A stretch of 60,000 bases of DNA from Amphiscolops sp. MND2022. Lineage: Eukaryota. Position numbers and translations under genes: made by a program. Each line of letters opens with the position of its first letter. Position 1 is the first letter of the stretch. Below the pieces are notes generated by a model. It made no database searches, had not been told where the DNA came from, and worked only from the letters and a program-made list of their open reading frames with translations. The stretch lies in the NCBI GenBank assembly GCA_964187785.1, contig OZ076409.1:31932001-31992000 (forward strand), in the 5' to 3' direction. Shown piece by piece: positions 31,436 through 45,657 of the stretch.

Positions 31436-34400
31436 ATTGGGACGTAGACTGCCAGGGTAGACGATCTTCCGTCCAGCTCGATTGTCAGGTGGTAAGCATA
31501 TACGCGGAGTGCAACCTTGCACTGCAGCCAAGTCCTGCCACACAGAAGGCGGCAGCGCTTGAATATCAGCATTTGCCGTGACCCAAGTGTCCAAAATGCT
31601 CAACGCTGCCTTGACAGGCAACGGATCCTCAAAGGCAAGTGTCCACTCGTCCAACAAGCGGACCCGCGGATAGCTGACGAAGCACGTTATGATTAGTTCT
31701 AGCCAACAGCTGAACTTCACCTTGCCTCGATACCAGACAATGAGGTGACAGCATAAGATCAAATCTTCCCTTATTGGAAGTCTTCAGACTTTCTAGGCAT
31801 GTGAGCATGTTTACCAATGTCTCCATTCGTGGTGGCGTGACTAGCAACCACCAATGCGGAGCAGGACTGTAAATACCACCCGGCTCGACCTGTAAACCAT
31901 ATTGGTCAAACAATAATGTCAGCGGTAATACATCGTGCCATATGCACTGGCTCTCGTTCAAAGTAAACCGTGGCCAAATACTGTTCACGGTAGTCAAAGT
32001 GAATTATATACCTTTGCCATCAATTCGTCCAATCCTTGAATCAAAGACATGGTGCTTACGCAACCCCAGACAATGCATTCTGCTGCAGAATCACCTCGAC
32101 CAAATAATTTTCCCTTCGTTTCACTCCCCAGAAAGTTTTCACTGCTCGTACCGTGATGCGATGGACAGAGTCCTCATTTCGTTGTCTCTCCGGGTGGACT
32201 CCCGGGGCTCCAGTGGGAACGTGGCGGTTCTCACTCACAGCGAAGACACAGTCACAATCGTGTAGTCCACATGTTCCTCATTTGTACCTAGGCTGGCGTT
32301 TTTGCTTCTACTGATACCGGTCCTGAGACCTTGTCTGAGTCTCGGTTCTTGCTGGCGGAGTCACCAGTTTGGCTTGCGTCTTCCTCTGCCGGAAAATTCG
32401 TGGTTTCTTACGGGGCCTTTTTGGAAGAAGGAGCGGTTGGGAGCTTAGGGGCAGAGCGCGAGCTACCAGCCACCGAAGGAGATGATGGACGGCCACAGAG
32501 ATGTCCCACTCCGCGCTCAACTCAGTTTCAAGTACTGAATTGACGATGTCGTGCAGCACTAGCGGCATGTCACTACACTAGACTTGGTCATTCTCCCCTG
32601 GGAAGCCACGCAGGGTCATACTGTACGGGAGCCATCCTGTGAGACGTGAGACAAATTGCGCTGTCGCAGCTGGGCAGCTAACTCGATTCACAATTGAACG
32701 TCCGCGAAGTCCAAGTCTTGCAGCTGGTGGTACATTTATTCCTGTCCACAGCCAGTGGGACGCACACGAGAATAGCTCACGGGCTCTTTCCAATATCGGT
32801 TGGAGATTTGGATGAACACAAAGGAGTAGTTAAAGCGCGCATTAGGACTAGCCCTCAAGCTAGCGTTGATCATTTTCTACAGAAGTTCAGTTGGCCACGG
32901 AAACCTGAAGGGTTTCCATCCAAGATCAAGAGGAGCAATGTACTAGTTCACTGCGCCGTATTCCTTGGGTAGAAAGCTCGCTTTGCGGGTGCGAGCTCTG
33001 ATTACACCCATCATGTTTTCCTCAGACTGCTGTTGAGTTTTGATGGTGGTTTAGGCCTGTGGCACCTCACTGCTGAGCTTTGAGTGAATCCGTAAATGTC
33101 CCAGCGGTCCAAAGTTCGGAATGAGAACTGGGGCAATGACAGGTAGCAGGTCATCCTCTTCAGTCAGCGTAAGATCCGCTAGCTGCTGAGGCTTGGCCAA
33201 TCAGCATTCTCGCTGAGAAGTTGTCTCCGGGTTGTGGAGCCCTTGTTCTTGGTCCACGCCCACAAACAAGCCAGACGCGAAGTCCAATGAGGAGTACAAC
33301 TAGTCTGGCAGCAATGCCCGCAGCTTGAACAAGGGTTCCGTGTAATTTTGGTTGTTCTGCAGGAACAACACCTCGCCAAAATCGATTTCGCCGCTCATTT
33401 CGTCATGCGCTAACACTAGGTACGTGTAGATTTCATACAGCTTCCCGGCCGCAACCATGTCTACCAAAATGGCCAGTGGACCTGCCACGAACTTGGTGGG
33501 ACTCAAAGCTAGCGCTAGAACTATCAGTTCATTGATGGTCTTTAACTCAAGCGTTTCGTGCAGTTTCTTCACTTGAGTTCTGTTCAACTTAAACTGATTC
33601 GGGATGACGTCTAAATTCCAGTTGAGGCCAAAACTTGTCATCAGGGCTGGAAATGATACAGACAGCGCGCGAGCTGCTGTTGGCAAAGTCACCGTTGCAA
33701 GCTGCGTTTGGTACCATTCTCCGTAAATGAACTCGCAAGCTTGCACGGCTTGTTCCAGGACAACGGCTTCCTGGTCCACGATTTGCCGCAGACCCAAGGG
33801 CAACCTGGTGGCCTCAACGCTTTCAGCGAAATGGATATGGGGTTTTGTCCGCTCCACTTCTCGATTCGCAGGCCAGCGACCTATCTGGTCCCACACAGCT
33901 GCAAGGTCTGCCTTTACAGTGGTGGGGTGGCCCGGGCGCACTAGCCAGTAATACCTGTGGATGTTCTCTCGCTCTGCTTGCGTTGCTTCAGGAAGAAAAC
34001 ATTGCCCTCTTGATCAAATGTCAGTTGTCCAATTCGCATTCCTTGCTCGTAGTGAATGACATCATCCCAGGTCAACTGCTCGTTACCATTTCGCTCGGTA
34101 GACTGCAGCAGGCGGGATATGGCTGCCAGCTAGACGTGAGCGGACAACGCAGCAGAACGCAACTCATCTTGCCCAACGCGCAAGTTGGGTGCACCTATGT
34201 AGAAGTCGATTATGGGCTACGCACACCTCAGTTAGCATATAGACAAACTGCTGCAACGCCTTGCCACATTACAACATGCTCGGGTGTGACACGAACAGCA
34301 CTTGATTGTTCAACTGCGTACATAGCAGTTCTGTGGTCTTCTTCATTGCGGTTGCCACCGGTGCAGTATGCGCGCCACTGCATTTCTGGCTGCCTCACGG

Positions 34401-35660
34401 TTGTTCTTATCACGCAAGGTTGGCGGCAGGTCATGAAGCAAGCCCTCACAAGCCAGTTGATCGATCAAGTTCGCAAAGAAGAATTTTTTTGGAGGTGGTT
34501 CCTTGAGGGAGCCCTGGCGCTCCGGAGTAAACATTGCTGCTGCCAATTCCGCCATTTCCTGATAGACGGGATAAGGGCATTGTCGCCACCATCACATCAG
34601 GCACAATGTTGTCGTTTGGCAAGTAAGAGGGAATCGTCGAGTTTACCATGACGCAATACTGGGTCCGTTGAACCAAGTTCTTCGGGATGGGCTTCACTGT
34701 TCTGCATTGGACGAAGATAATTGTCATGCTTCAGTGGCATTCAATCACGGACACGTATCTCCCAGACCTGTTCGCCAATATCCACATCAAACGCGCGCAC
34801 TGGGCCACGACGGACAACTTCCGTATTTGAGTCTGGTCCGCATTGGACGGGGGAACCCGTTGTCGATCCTTAAACTGTGGTTCCGACAAGTAGGGTCTAC
34901 CTGCCAGATGCGATTGGCATTCTTGGTAACTAACGAGGCGGCCACGTCCTCTGATGGTGGGAAGTAGGCCGATGCGCGGGACACAGCTTTAGACGTGGTT
35001 GTACTACGAGATGAGGAGGAGGCCGTGCCATCGAGCACGGAAGACGAACTTGGTGGATACTTGTCCAGTACCTCTGGTGCTCCACCCTACCTCGTGCGCT
35101 TGTAGCCGGACAGCTCGGCAACTACTGATATTGCCATGCTTGGCCGTGTCGGGCGCCTCCATTTCTATCAGGCCGGCGATTGCGACAGGAAATATGTCTT
35201 TCCGCAGCCATTCTTCCAAATGCTGCGCCTGACTGATTCGCTGCCCTCGAGCAGCAGCATTAGAATGTGTGCAGCCAGCAGGCTCTAAATTGGAGGGCGG
35301 TGTGACCTCGAGCTTGATTGTAGGCCATTTTAGCATAGGTCTTAAAACATGTAGCTATTAGACTTGTCAATATAGTGGGCTCGACCAGATGCGTGTAGTT
35401 AGGTTTATACTACATGAAGTAATGGTAAGCTTCAAGGAGGCGCATACGGCACGCTAACTGTAATCTACAGATGAAACTTTAGGAAAAAGGAGAGGAGGTG
35501 CAATAGACGTCTCTACCGAAAAACTGAAAGAGGTACTAAACTACGGCTAACCAAAAGGTGTACTCAAACGTTTTATGCAAAAGTAAGAAAACATATGTGA
35601 TAGAAAGTATGGGGCACCTTCGGGGGCATTTTTTTACTCCCCTGTCTCAATACCCAGTAT

Positions 35661-36104
35661 CTACACATACACGCGACTGTGTAAAATTACGTAGATGTTG
35701 GTCCCTGCAGACAGATCCATCATGACCTGGTACTGGTTGACCAACGAGTGAACTGGCCGTTCATGGTCCAGTATCGGAAAGTAATTGCTCGGCGCTCCCT
35801 TGTCGCCAAGCCATAGTGTCAATTTTTCTGGGTCGAGTAGAAATTCATCAGCTATCAGCGGCTCACGCTGATTAGCTCGTACTATCATCAAATTAATAGT
35901 CTGAGAAGGCTTGTTGGTCATGGAAGTCAGTGTCAAGACCTCGCCCACCCGTTGTCGTAAGGAAAAGACTTGCTACTTGCCACACTCGCGCAACACGTAG
36001 CGTAGCGCATTAGAATTTGTTTACAAATCAGCTGGGCAGGCCAACGCGATGTCGCCTTCAGCCTGCAGGAAGTCAGGAATGTCATAAGAGATAAATTCCA
36101 CCAA
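35661..36104 (-). pseudogene. Macrodomain-like region, copy 2
   Basis: Duplicate of 30992-31435 at +4669. Confidence 0.55.
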
Positions 36105-36976
36105 ATTGGGACGTAGACTGCCAGGGTAGACGATCTTCCGTCCAGCTCGATTGTCAGGTGGTAAGCATATACGCGGAGTGCAACCTTGCACTGCAGCCAA
36201 GTCCTGCCACACAGAAGGCGGCAGCGCTTGAATATCAGCATTTGCCGTGACCCAAGTGTCCAAAATGCTCAACGCTGCCTTGACAGGCAACGGATCCTCA
36301 AAGGCAAGTGTCCACTCGTCCAACAAGCGGACCCGCGGATAGCTGACGAAGCACGTTATGATTAGTTCTAGCCAACAGCTGAACTTCACCTTGCCTCGAT
36401 ACCAGACAATGAGGTGACAGCATAAGATCAAATCTTCCCTTATTGGAAGTCTTCAGACTTTCTAGGCATGTGAGCATGTTTACCAATGTCTCCATTCGTG
36501 ATGGCGTGACTAGCAACCACCAATGAGGAGCAGGACTGTAAATACCACCCGGCTCGACCTGTAAACCATATTGGTCAAACAATAAGGTCAGCGGTTATAC
36601 ATCGTGCCATATGCACTGGCTCTCGTTCAAAGTAAACCGTGGCCAAATACTGTTCACGGTAGTCAAAGTGAATTATATACCTTTGCCATCAATTCGTCCA
36701 ATCCTTGAATCAAAGACATGGTGCTTACGCAACCCCAGACGCTGCATTCTGCTGCAGAATCACCTCGACCAAATAATTTTCCCTTCGTTTCACTCCCCAG
36801 AAAGTTTTCACTGCTCGTACCGTGATGCGATGGACTGAGTCCTCATTTCGTTGTCTCTCCGGGTGGACTCCCGGGGCTCCAGTGGGAACGTGGCGGTTCT
36901 CACTCACAGCGAAGACACAGTCACAATCGTGTAGTCCACATGTTCCTCATTTGTACCTAGGCTGGCGTTTTTGCTT

Positions 36977-37606
36977 CTACTGATACCGGTCCTGAGACCT
37001 TGTCTGAGTCTCGGTTCTTGCTGGCGGAGTCACCAGTTTGGCTGGCGTCTTCCTCTGCCGGAAAATTCGTGGTTTCTTACGGGGCCTTTTTGGAAGAAGG
37101 AGCGGTTGGGAGCTTAGGGGCAGAGCGCGAGCTACCAGCCACCGAAGGAGATGATGGACGGCCACAGAGATGTTCGACACTATGGCCTGGTTTGGCCAGA
37201 TCGCGTAATTGCTGAGATAGTCGCTTAACGAAGGTTTCGGTAACATGGGCGATGACGTACCAACCAAAAATTGTGGTGGTGGGTAGTCGGAGGTTGACGG
37301 TTGGGAAGACGGCGAGCGCGCGGGTTCATTGTCAGAAAACAACTGCGGTAGGCAGTTCTGGAAGGAGGTGTCCGAGACCAGGTCTTCATCCTCAGGCTTA
37401 GGGTTTTGTTCAGCATGCACCTCAGGTTGGTTTAAATCTTGGGGATAAGCGCGCATTGGGAGCATGGCGTCATACAGCTCATCGTCCGTTCCAGAACTGG
37501 AATAGTCGAATTGGAGGTATTGCATTCGATAGCCATCAGCACGAAATCTAATACGGAGTCGAGTATCCATCCAATGGCGTCTGCGCGAATGCAAATTGTT
37601 CCACAC
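36977..37606 (-). pseudogene. Ser/Pro-rich upstream part of the macrodomain-bearing ORF, possibly a post-integrase pol extension of element A
   Basis: 209-aa ORF on the element strand directly after the break in element B pol; low complexity; no recognised domain. Confidence 0.4.
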
Positions 37607-37714
37607 TGCGGCGAATACCAGGCGACCTGTGTCTTTCCTGTATTAATGCCACAACCTTGCTGATATCTTGGTGTCCCGTTGCATCATGCGCGCGGAACCT
37701 AGTCTCTTGTTAGT

Positions 37715-40700
37715 ACCACTGGGGCAGCACAATCATGCAGGGTCGTTCCTGTAGCGAACGGTGAGAAGGGGGTACTTCACGCAGAGGACACCATCAGATT
37801 TGATGAACATTAAGTCCTTTTTCTGCTTGAAATAGTTACGCGCGAAGGCAAGTATGTCCTCCGGAAAGATGTCTTGATCGATGTTTTTGCGTTGGACCAG
37901 CGTTTTGGGGGCTAAAACATGAACATCACGGTTTTGAGGTAGCACCAAGTCTTTGATGCCATGGACTGTGTAGGCGTGCTCATGCAGGTCGGTGTCTAGT
38001 TCACAAATTGCCAGGATGGCTTGTCTAACATTGTTGGCGCGCAGGCGGTACGCGCGTAGGTGGTACGCGAAGCAACGTTGGTGACGTGTGTGGCAGCAAG
38101 TAGTCGTGACTGGCTTCCTAGGTTATGTCTATCTTCAGGATATTCGGGATAAAAGTTTTCATGAGCATGTAAGACAGGTGGAGAGGGCAAAGGGAGAGGA
38201 GCACGTAGTGCTTCCTTCTGCCGTTCTCGCCTTTTGGTCCGCTGAAAGCGACAAACAAGGCGGTGCACCGCCCTAGGAGGAGCAGGTTGCAAATGCCGTA
38301 AGTGCAAAGGTTGGTCTGGGTGTTTCGGGATGATCCGACCTTCTACATCGAATCACAGTTCAGTGGGTAACTGTTCATGTTCGTCTTGAGACAGGAAGTT
38401 CCATCTTTTGGCGACGGGTGGCAGATTCTCGAGCTGTTGTTCCAGCCAACGATAGTCATTGGTTCGTCATTTGGATCGACCATCAGCATTGCGATGCTGT
38501 GTTGGGGACAGTGCTCAACACAAAAGTGGTTCCTTTTGAGTATCATGATCCAACGACGAATGAGAGCTTGATCAGTGGAATAGGTCTTCAACCATGAAAA
38601 TGCATGGTTGTCCACCCTTGGAGTGAACTTTCGTGGGCACATGTAACTATGGTTTTATGGTTTTTGACAAAAAAGTGGTGGGAGGCATACATCTCCAGTT
38701 TGGGTGCACCGTACTTCGGATATGTTGCTGTTACCTTTTTGCTGCCGTAGACGATAAGTTTAAGGCGTCGGTTCCCAGTTGGACCTTGCCATTGGTGCAA
38801 GATGCCAGAGATTGTCACAGCGCTGGCCTTAGTGTCCAGTACATATTCGCCTTCTGAGTCTGGCTGTGCGAGAGCAGTCGCCTCAATCAAAGCGTTTTTG
38901 ATCTCGTTGTATTTGTGTTATTGTGCAGACCCCCATGCAAAACTGGCATTCAATACAGTGATGGCATGCCAATGTGCCATCAGTTTGGCGTGGTGCCAGG
39001 TAATAAACTCACGGTAGCAGTTAGCGGAGTTAAAAAAATTTTGCATTTCGGTTTTGTTACGAAGACTAGGGATAGGGTTTTACTCCTTCTGCGGAGACTA
39101 CTCGGCCCAAGTACTTGATCTCCGACTTCATGAAATCGCACTTGACCACCTGCTTCACGCATCTTGAAGCCCGCTTCACGCAAGCACTCAAAGACCTCGC
39201 GGAGTCAAACCATATGGTCCTCCGCAGTCTCAGTGGCAATCACGATGTCTCCAATGTATGCCATTACCATGCTGCCTTCCCGATTGACAATCTTGCGTAG
39301 CGCTCGAGCTATCGCTCACCGGAAGGTTGCGGAGGCATTGCACATACCAAAGCGCATGCGAAGAGACCCAATTCGCAGGCAAAGGCGGTTTTCTGGCGGT
39401 CAGCCTTTCTCACCGGGATTTGCCAGAATTGCCGGGGCCAGGTTAATACTTGTGTAGATTTTGGCTTTGCCTAACCTGGCCAGGCTTTAGTCAATTGTGA
39501 GAAGTGTGTACGCATCTTTGACGGTCAGCTTGTCTAGCGGACAAAAGTCGCTGCAAAACTGCATCGATTTTTCTAAATCAATACGATGCCACTGGCCCAG
39601 GTGGACAACGAAGGTTGGACAAACCCTAGAGCAGGCACTAAGTCTGACTTCTCAGGAGACCTCGCACCCTCACGATGTGGCCCGGCGCCTGGATCGACCT
39701 CTACGGGATACTTTGCAATGGTGCAGCTCTCGATGTCAGTCTTATGTTTCATGAACAAGTCATCGAAGTCGGTTAGGATGTTTTCTAAGGACGTGCTCGC
39801 CTCAGAGCCCCACAGGTCGTTTACTTCCTGGAGCTGAGATATAGGTATAGGAGCCAATAGCCCGGAATCGGTACGTTTCGTTTTTTTTTCGCGGTCCGAC
39901 AGACCTTCCTCTGTGGGATCGGTAGAAGACAAAAACTCGGATCCAGATGACGAAGTAAATAGTGAATCAGTACTGAGATTCATGGTTTCATATACTTTAC
40001 AAACAAAATCAACACGGTTTTTATCGACCTCAGTTTTGGGGTTGGTGCCAGTCAGCTGCTAGGGGACGGCACGGTAAACGAGGGATACGGGTACCACAGT
40101 GCCCCTGTGTGTCCCTCCACGGACGCGTTGTGGGTTGCTAACCAGTTTAATCACTCTGACAAAGAAGCGGCCTGTCTCACTGACAGCTGCGAGGCAGTCC
40201 TCTAAAAAGACAACATTCCACATGTGACGCGTCCGCGATAGCTGCATTTAATATCACATTTTGAAACACCAGTGGTTCTAGGTCAGAGGTTACTACTTTC
40301 GCCTTTACCACCATACGTTCAAAGGGTTGTAGCACTAAGTATTGGTCCAAAGCAACTGGGACCGCTAAAGTGGGATCACCTACCTCAGTATGTGCGTGAT
40401 GCCCGACAGGTTGTACCGACGCGCGCACCACGATCTTCATCAACGTTGAGTCCACGAGGACTTGATGCGCCCTCAGGAAGTTGCTACACAACAGGAAGTC
40501 CTCGACGCCCCTTTCGTCAACCACAACCACCGAGTTGGTCACCAGTTCCTAACCTCCTTCTTGGAAGCCCACACGTTCCGCTATTCCGAAGGATTGGATG
40601 GTTTTGCCGTAAGCGGCGTACAAATCAATCTGGTAGGGCTTCAACATCGCCCCGATTTGGACGGCGACACGGTCCAAAGCGAGGAATGTCAGAATCGACA

Positions 40701-41280
40701 CTCCTAATCCTGTGTCTACTAAGCCTCTCAGTGGAATGGTTGCCGCCTGGGGCACTACGAAGGAAACCACTATCGACGCACGCTGTTGTAGCATTCGAGC
40801 TTTTGTGGGCCCAGACAAACTCCAGGGGGAAATACGTCCACTACTACACAGGCTTCGAACTTCACGTCCACGCCGTACATGGTGGCGCAGATGGAACGGG
40901 CAAAAATGAGTGAGGGTGTCCGAATCCCCGGGAGCGTGCACTTTTTGGGCCGCGGGATCTTATTTTTCTTGTAGAGAAAAGCCAGCTCAGCCCAAAGTTT
41001 TCCCAAGGTTACCGTTGGGCGACGTTGTTGCTCAGCTGCCAGCAATAAGTGAATGGATATGATGGTGCGACATGGCGCGTCGAACGCTGAAGGCTCCGAA
41101 CACGTTGAACTTGTTTTGAACCACAACTGATGGTCAAGGGCGTGTAGAAGGCTGGTTGCTCTGCTGGGTGGAGCATCAACACTCGGTCGTTTTCCAAGGG
41201 TAACCTATGTGCAGCCACCCCCGCTACTTCCGTTTCCGCCCAGTGGCTATAGGCGAAATCATCACTCACAGGGTTTTCCA
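37715..41280 (-). pseudogene. pol: Gypsy pol of element B (protease, RT, RNase H; integrase core missing)
   Basis: LVDTGLGVSIL protease; STWASGIVLI, KDAYTL and AYIGDIV (degenerate YxDD) RT; YVLDTKAS, ISGILHQ and KLEMYA RNase H; ends at PCMIVLPQ just before the integrase zinc finger. Confidence 0.85.
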
Positions 41281-42530
41281 CTCACTGTGACGCCACATGG
41301 TCAACCATGCCACAGTTGACACAAAAGCCTACTCTGGAAAAATTCTCCGCAACACGTTCAATGATATTTCTGTCCTTGTCTTCACTGCCTCAGGTTCAGG
41401 CAGCACCGTTGGCTTGCGGGCCCGATCACTGTTAGGACAGTCACGAGCAAAGTGACCAGTTTGTCCACAGTTGAAACAAGCGCCCAGTGGAGCACGCACG
41501 GCAGTTGGTGCAGCTACAAGATTCGATGGCGCATTACTAGGTGGAGGTGGTGGCAACAAGCCTTGTGGCAGCACCATCTTATTAGGTTGCAAACGTTCAA
41601 AAATATGAGGCCTCGACCTCATAGCATACCGAGGGTCATAGGGTTGCGATTGCTTGGGACGGTTTCGTTGCAACTGTCGGGTAGTGAACCTCAAAGATTC
41701 CACAGGGGGGAATGGTGGTCACGGTAGTCTCTGACGCATAGATGATGAAGCGTTCACGCCGTAGGGTTGAATTCCGGAGCCCTCTATGAAGCGCTGCAAA
41801 ATTTCAAAGCGCTTGGTTATGATCGGTTCATCAGGGAACCCGTGACTACGCAGCCCTTCCAAGGCATCCAGATATTGCATCTAGTCCTCCTTTTCCAGCT
41901 GGTACCGGGATGCGAAGGCCTGGCGCACTTACCAAATCGACTGGCCACTAGTTCGAATACCTTCTCAGTCGTGTCCCGTCCGGACTGTGCCTTCTTGATG
42001 ATATAATTACGGGCTTCACCCTCTAGGTGACCAATAATACTGCATGCTTTATCGACGAGAGTTGTTTTGGATAGTGTTCTTTGCAAATATCAACGCATGA
42101 CGAGTATCCAACCGTCAATCGAGCCTTTCTTGGACCCACGATAGACCCTAGGCCTGGCCTGTGATGGGTCACGACCAGCCAGTAGTAGAGGAGCTAACTC
42201 CTTTGACATCGCCTTAGATATCGCAGCGGTGAATCGCAGTTGCTCGGGGAGATGGCCTCACCCTCATCACTGGCAACGGGCGAGTTGTCTCTGCTTCCTC
42301 TGGTGGTCTGGATTGATAGGGCTCCACCACATGATCCTCTTCACGCGTACTACTGGCGCAAGTGTTGCCCGCGAGCACCCCTTAACTAGCAGTCATATAT
42401 CAGGAATCGGTTTCGGTCACTCGTGCTTTAGCAGTAGCGTAAGTGTTGTCTTTCACAATGCTAGCGTGAGATCCAGCCGTGGCCTTCGTATCACTTAAGT
42501 CCAAGGTGGAAGACGTTGTCGTCATGGGGT
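41281..42530 (-). pseudogene. gag: Gypsy gag of element B
   Basis: IDGWILVMR, IIGHLEGEARNYII, CCHC knuckle CFNCGQTGHFARDC and a second degenerate knuckle CVNCGMVDHVASQ. Confidence 0.82.
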
Positions 42531-42683
42531 CCACCCCCTGTCCTCCGTTCGACTCTGCCACAGAGTTGTGGTGGTCTGCAGAAGGACCGTTTTTATTGAG
42601 AGGTGAGAACTTAAGTCAAAAACAAGTTGTGCACGTCTCAAATGGGTCGAAATTACTTCTGTGTGTTGCAGCGAGTTCAAATT

Positions 42684-42693
42684 CTCTCCGCCA
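42684..42693 (-). promoter_or_regulatory. Primer-binding site of element B (TGGCGGAGAG)
   Basis: Minus strand ...GGTAACA-AC-TGGCGGAGAG: TGG start 2 nt after an LTR-like CA end, upstream of gag. Confidence 0.65.
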
Positions 42694-42695
42694 GT

Positions 42696-43069
42696 TGTTA
42701 CCAACCCACAAACCCAGAAAATGACTTTAGTTTGGAGTTATGCTTTCAATGAGACAAGCACGAGAGGTCTACGGCAAATTTTGGATTTTCTCGGAGAGTA
42801 CAAAAAACCACAAGTGACCTGTATTGGTCACTCAAGAGTGGCATCTGGCTCAAAATGGACCAGAAGACCCTGCCCTTACGTAGGAACACCGAACTGGGCC
42901 CCGATTTGGTCGCCAAGGCTTGCACACTGTTTCACTTTGGTAGAGACGTGCGGTACACCTATGTAGCAGTAGGAGTCAAAATGCACACTTACTGTACAAT
43001 TGCCAAACACCGGTACGAATTAGCGGCTCGGTTTTCTCGCTGAGAGTGCACAAACTAGCACAAGTTACG
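42696..43069 (-). repeat. Putative 5' LTR of element B (~374 bp); no partner in the window
   Basis: TGTTAC at 42696 adjacent to the PBS; far end inferred from GTTACG at 43064-43069; unrelated to element A LTRs. Confidence 0.5.
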
Positions 43070-44945
43070 TCAGTGGGCTATAAATTTCCCCCACTTTTCT
43101 GCTAAGGTGTTCAGGCACTTCCAAAAGTTTTCGAAAAACTGGCCTTTTTTCACTTCCTTTTGGGCAGAAGTTTTTCGTCAATTTCTCAACAAATACTGCA
43201 CCGATAGGCACAAAATTTATTAGCTGCCAGTTGGCACCCACAATGATGGCTGAATGGTCTGATGGACGCCTGAGAGCTTCCCTGGGATTCCGACTGGGTA
43301 CAGACACTATTTTATCAAAAACAGGTCTTTTTTGACACTTTTTCCACAAATTGGCCAAGAGGGTCGATACTACCATTGTTACTGCAGACTAAATAGGGTC
43401 AACGTGTTGCCCCATTGGTCAGAGCGCTGCCACAAACACTCAATTAGCCGTGCCTGTTGGGCATGAGGCACTTTCGGTCCTTTAGTTTCAGCTTTTCTTG
43501 GCGATGTCAGTTCTTTCTGAAGTCAAAACGCCAGAGAGCTTTTCTCGACATTGGTTAGCGGTAGGCTCACTAAATTTTCGGCACCAACGTTTATTTTGGT
43601 GGTGGTTACGAAAATGCACCCTTTTTAGCTAGGGTTTGGGAATCAATGACCCGAACCTAACCAACGGAGAGTCCGGTTTTTGTCAAAAAAGTTTGTTTTT
43701 AGGTGGGGTTTTCACTTTTCTCAGCACTGAAAAAAGTATTTTACATGCGGTTTTCACTCCCGCAGGTTTTTTCAACTAAAAAAACAGAAAAAGAGAGCGC
43801 GCAGGCTCCCTTTTTACGAAAAATGTTTGCACAACAGAAATTTGGACGATACGCTCCACAACAAAAACTTACAAACGTTCAGCAACAAACGTTAATTCCA
43901 GTGCCATGGGGTTGTGTTTCGCCAAAGAAACCACAGCAACTGAAGTTTTCAGGCTTCTACACTTGACTGCACCTGTAATTTCATGTGACTTTTCAGCTTT
44001 TTTTCCTTTTTCGCACTTTTTTACAGCAAATTTCACATTTTCTACCTTAAAGAGCCACCACAATCGTCAATACTGGTTTTTGTTGGCTCCCTCGGGGCTC
44101 GAGGCTACTTTTGCCGCATCTTCCGCAAAGCTACGTTGGACTTACCAGAAAAACTCCAAAAAACACAAAATTTCGCTATTTTTGCGGAAAATCTGTTTTC
44201 TTCGCGCAAAAGCGTTCCATAAGGTGTAGTTACATTGCAAAAAAATGCCACTCACCTGCACTAACAATTCCTTACAAAAAAGTTGCAAATTCAATAAATT
44301 CACGAACCATGACCCATCTGAGCGACACTTCTGGTCAAAAGGGACGTACCTTCGCCACTCAATTTCTCTACATCCAGACAAGCTAGGGACATGCGGTTTG
44401 GACCAATAGCACCGTCAGCACTTGCACTCACTGTCTACCAAAAACACCAAAAACCATTCCTCTCGGACGTCTCCTCGAGAAACAAGAAACAGCGAACCGC
44501 AACACTCCATTTCACCCTTTCGTCGCTCTGGTGAAGTATGGTTTTCCACCCATCTGCTGCTGTCTTTCATGGCTCGCAATGCTGAAAATAGCTATAAAAA
44601 CCAGTTAGACACCTGCAGCGACGTGTTAAGGTCACAACCACCTGCAAAACACATACCCGTTGATGGGTTAACACACATATAACATCAAAAAATAGGCATT
44701 TACAGATTTTTTCCCGAAAATGCCTTCATCACACCTGAAAACTGGCTTTTTTGGGGGTTTTTCTGGGTCCATTCCGTTCCAACTTGAATACATACTGTCA
44801 ATAAAAAAGAAGCACAGCGCTCCGGATCTCCTTCCTTCCCCAGAGTCGAAACAGTCTTGGCGCTGGACACCAGTAGACCAGTTTTTTTAAAAACCATGCA
44901 GGAAAACATCCAAAGACGATCCCTCTGTGAAAAAATGAGATTCTA

Positions 44946-45657
44946 TGTAACTAAACCCAAACGTTTGTGACGTCACGATACAGTAGAGGAACTGGTACCA
45001 TGGATATGGTCCGGGAAGAACGACCACGATATGAGCTCATTTTGTCCTCCTAAGTATGAGCGGTCCCGAGGAAGGTGAACGCTCTTCAAGGACGCTCTCT
45101 GACCTGATACCAATCTGTAATTGCTAAGATTCACGGGTACTGCCAGAAATTCGCAGCCCCCGGGTAGATAGTCTACAAAAACGGCAAGGTCGTTAATAAC
45201 TGAAGTTCTCCAGTGGGAATCTGAGTAAATGCAATACGAACTTGAAAATATCCCTCGATCATATTATAATCTAAATACACAAAAAGCACACAAAGTACGA
45301 TAACAGAGTCCAGTTTGGCGAAAGCTGTGGATAAAGGGGCGGCATGGTACCAGCGTTCGAGCTGGGCACAACCCCTGGGCACGGGTACATTCATCAGGCT
45401 GTTATGATGTTCCTGGGTTTAACACTGCAAAAAACTGGATTTCTGCAGGCAAACACCGTGGTTATGACTTTTTTTTGGTTCTTTTCACTGGCAATACTCG
45501 CGATTGTTTCGCGTTCTTTCGAGGACGGCTTCTTTCACCGTCTTTCAACACGTTCTGCTGACAGGTATTGCGCAAAGGCATTCTTGGGTGCCACGTCAGA
45601 TTTGAACGAATTTTTCAAAAAGCGTCAAAATTTTGTTGAAAACAGGATGCCGTTACA
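44946..45657 (-). repeat. 5' LTR of element A (712 bp)
   Basis: TGTAAC...GGATGCCGTTACA; alignable along its length to 25903-26622, roughly 80% identical by eye. Confidence 0.85.

Larger units (their letters stand above)
27836..37173. repeat. Head-to-tail tandem duplication, 2 x 4669 bp (27836-32504 and 32505-37173)
   Basis: All ORFs recur at +4669; junction GAGATGT|CCCACTCC at 32504/32505; only scattered SNPs. Confidence 0.97.
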
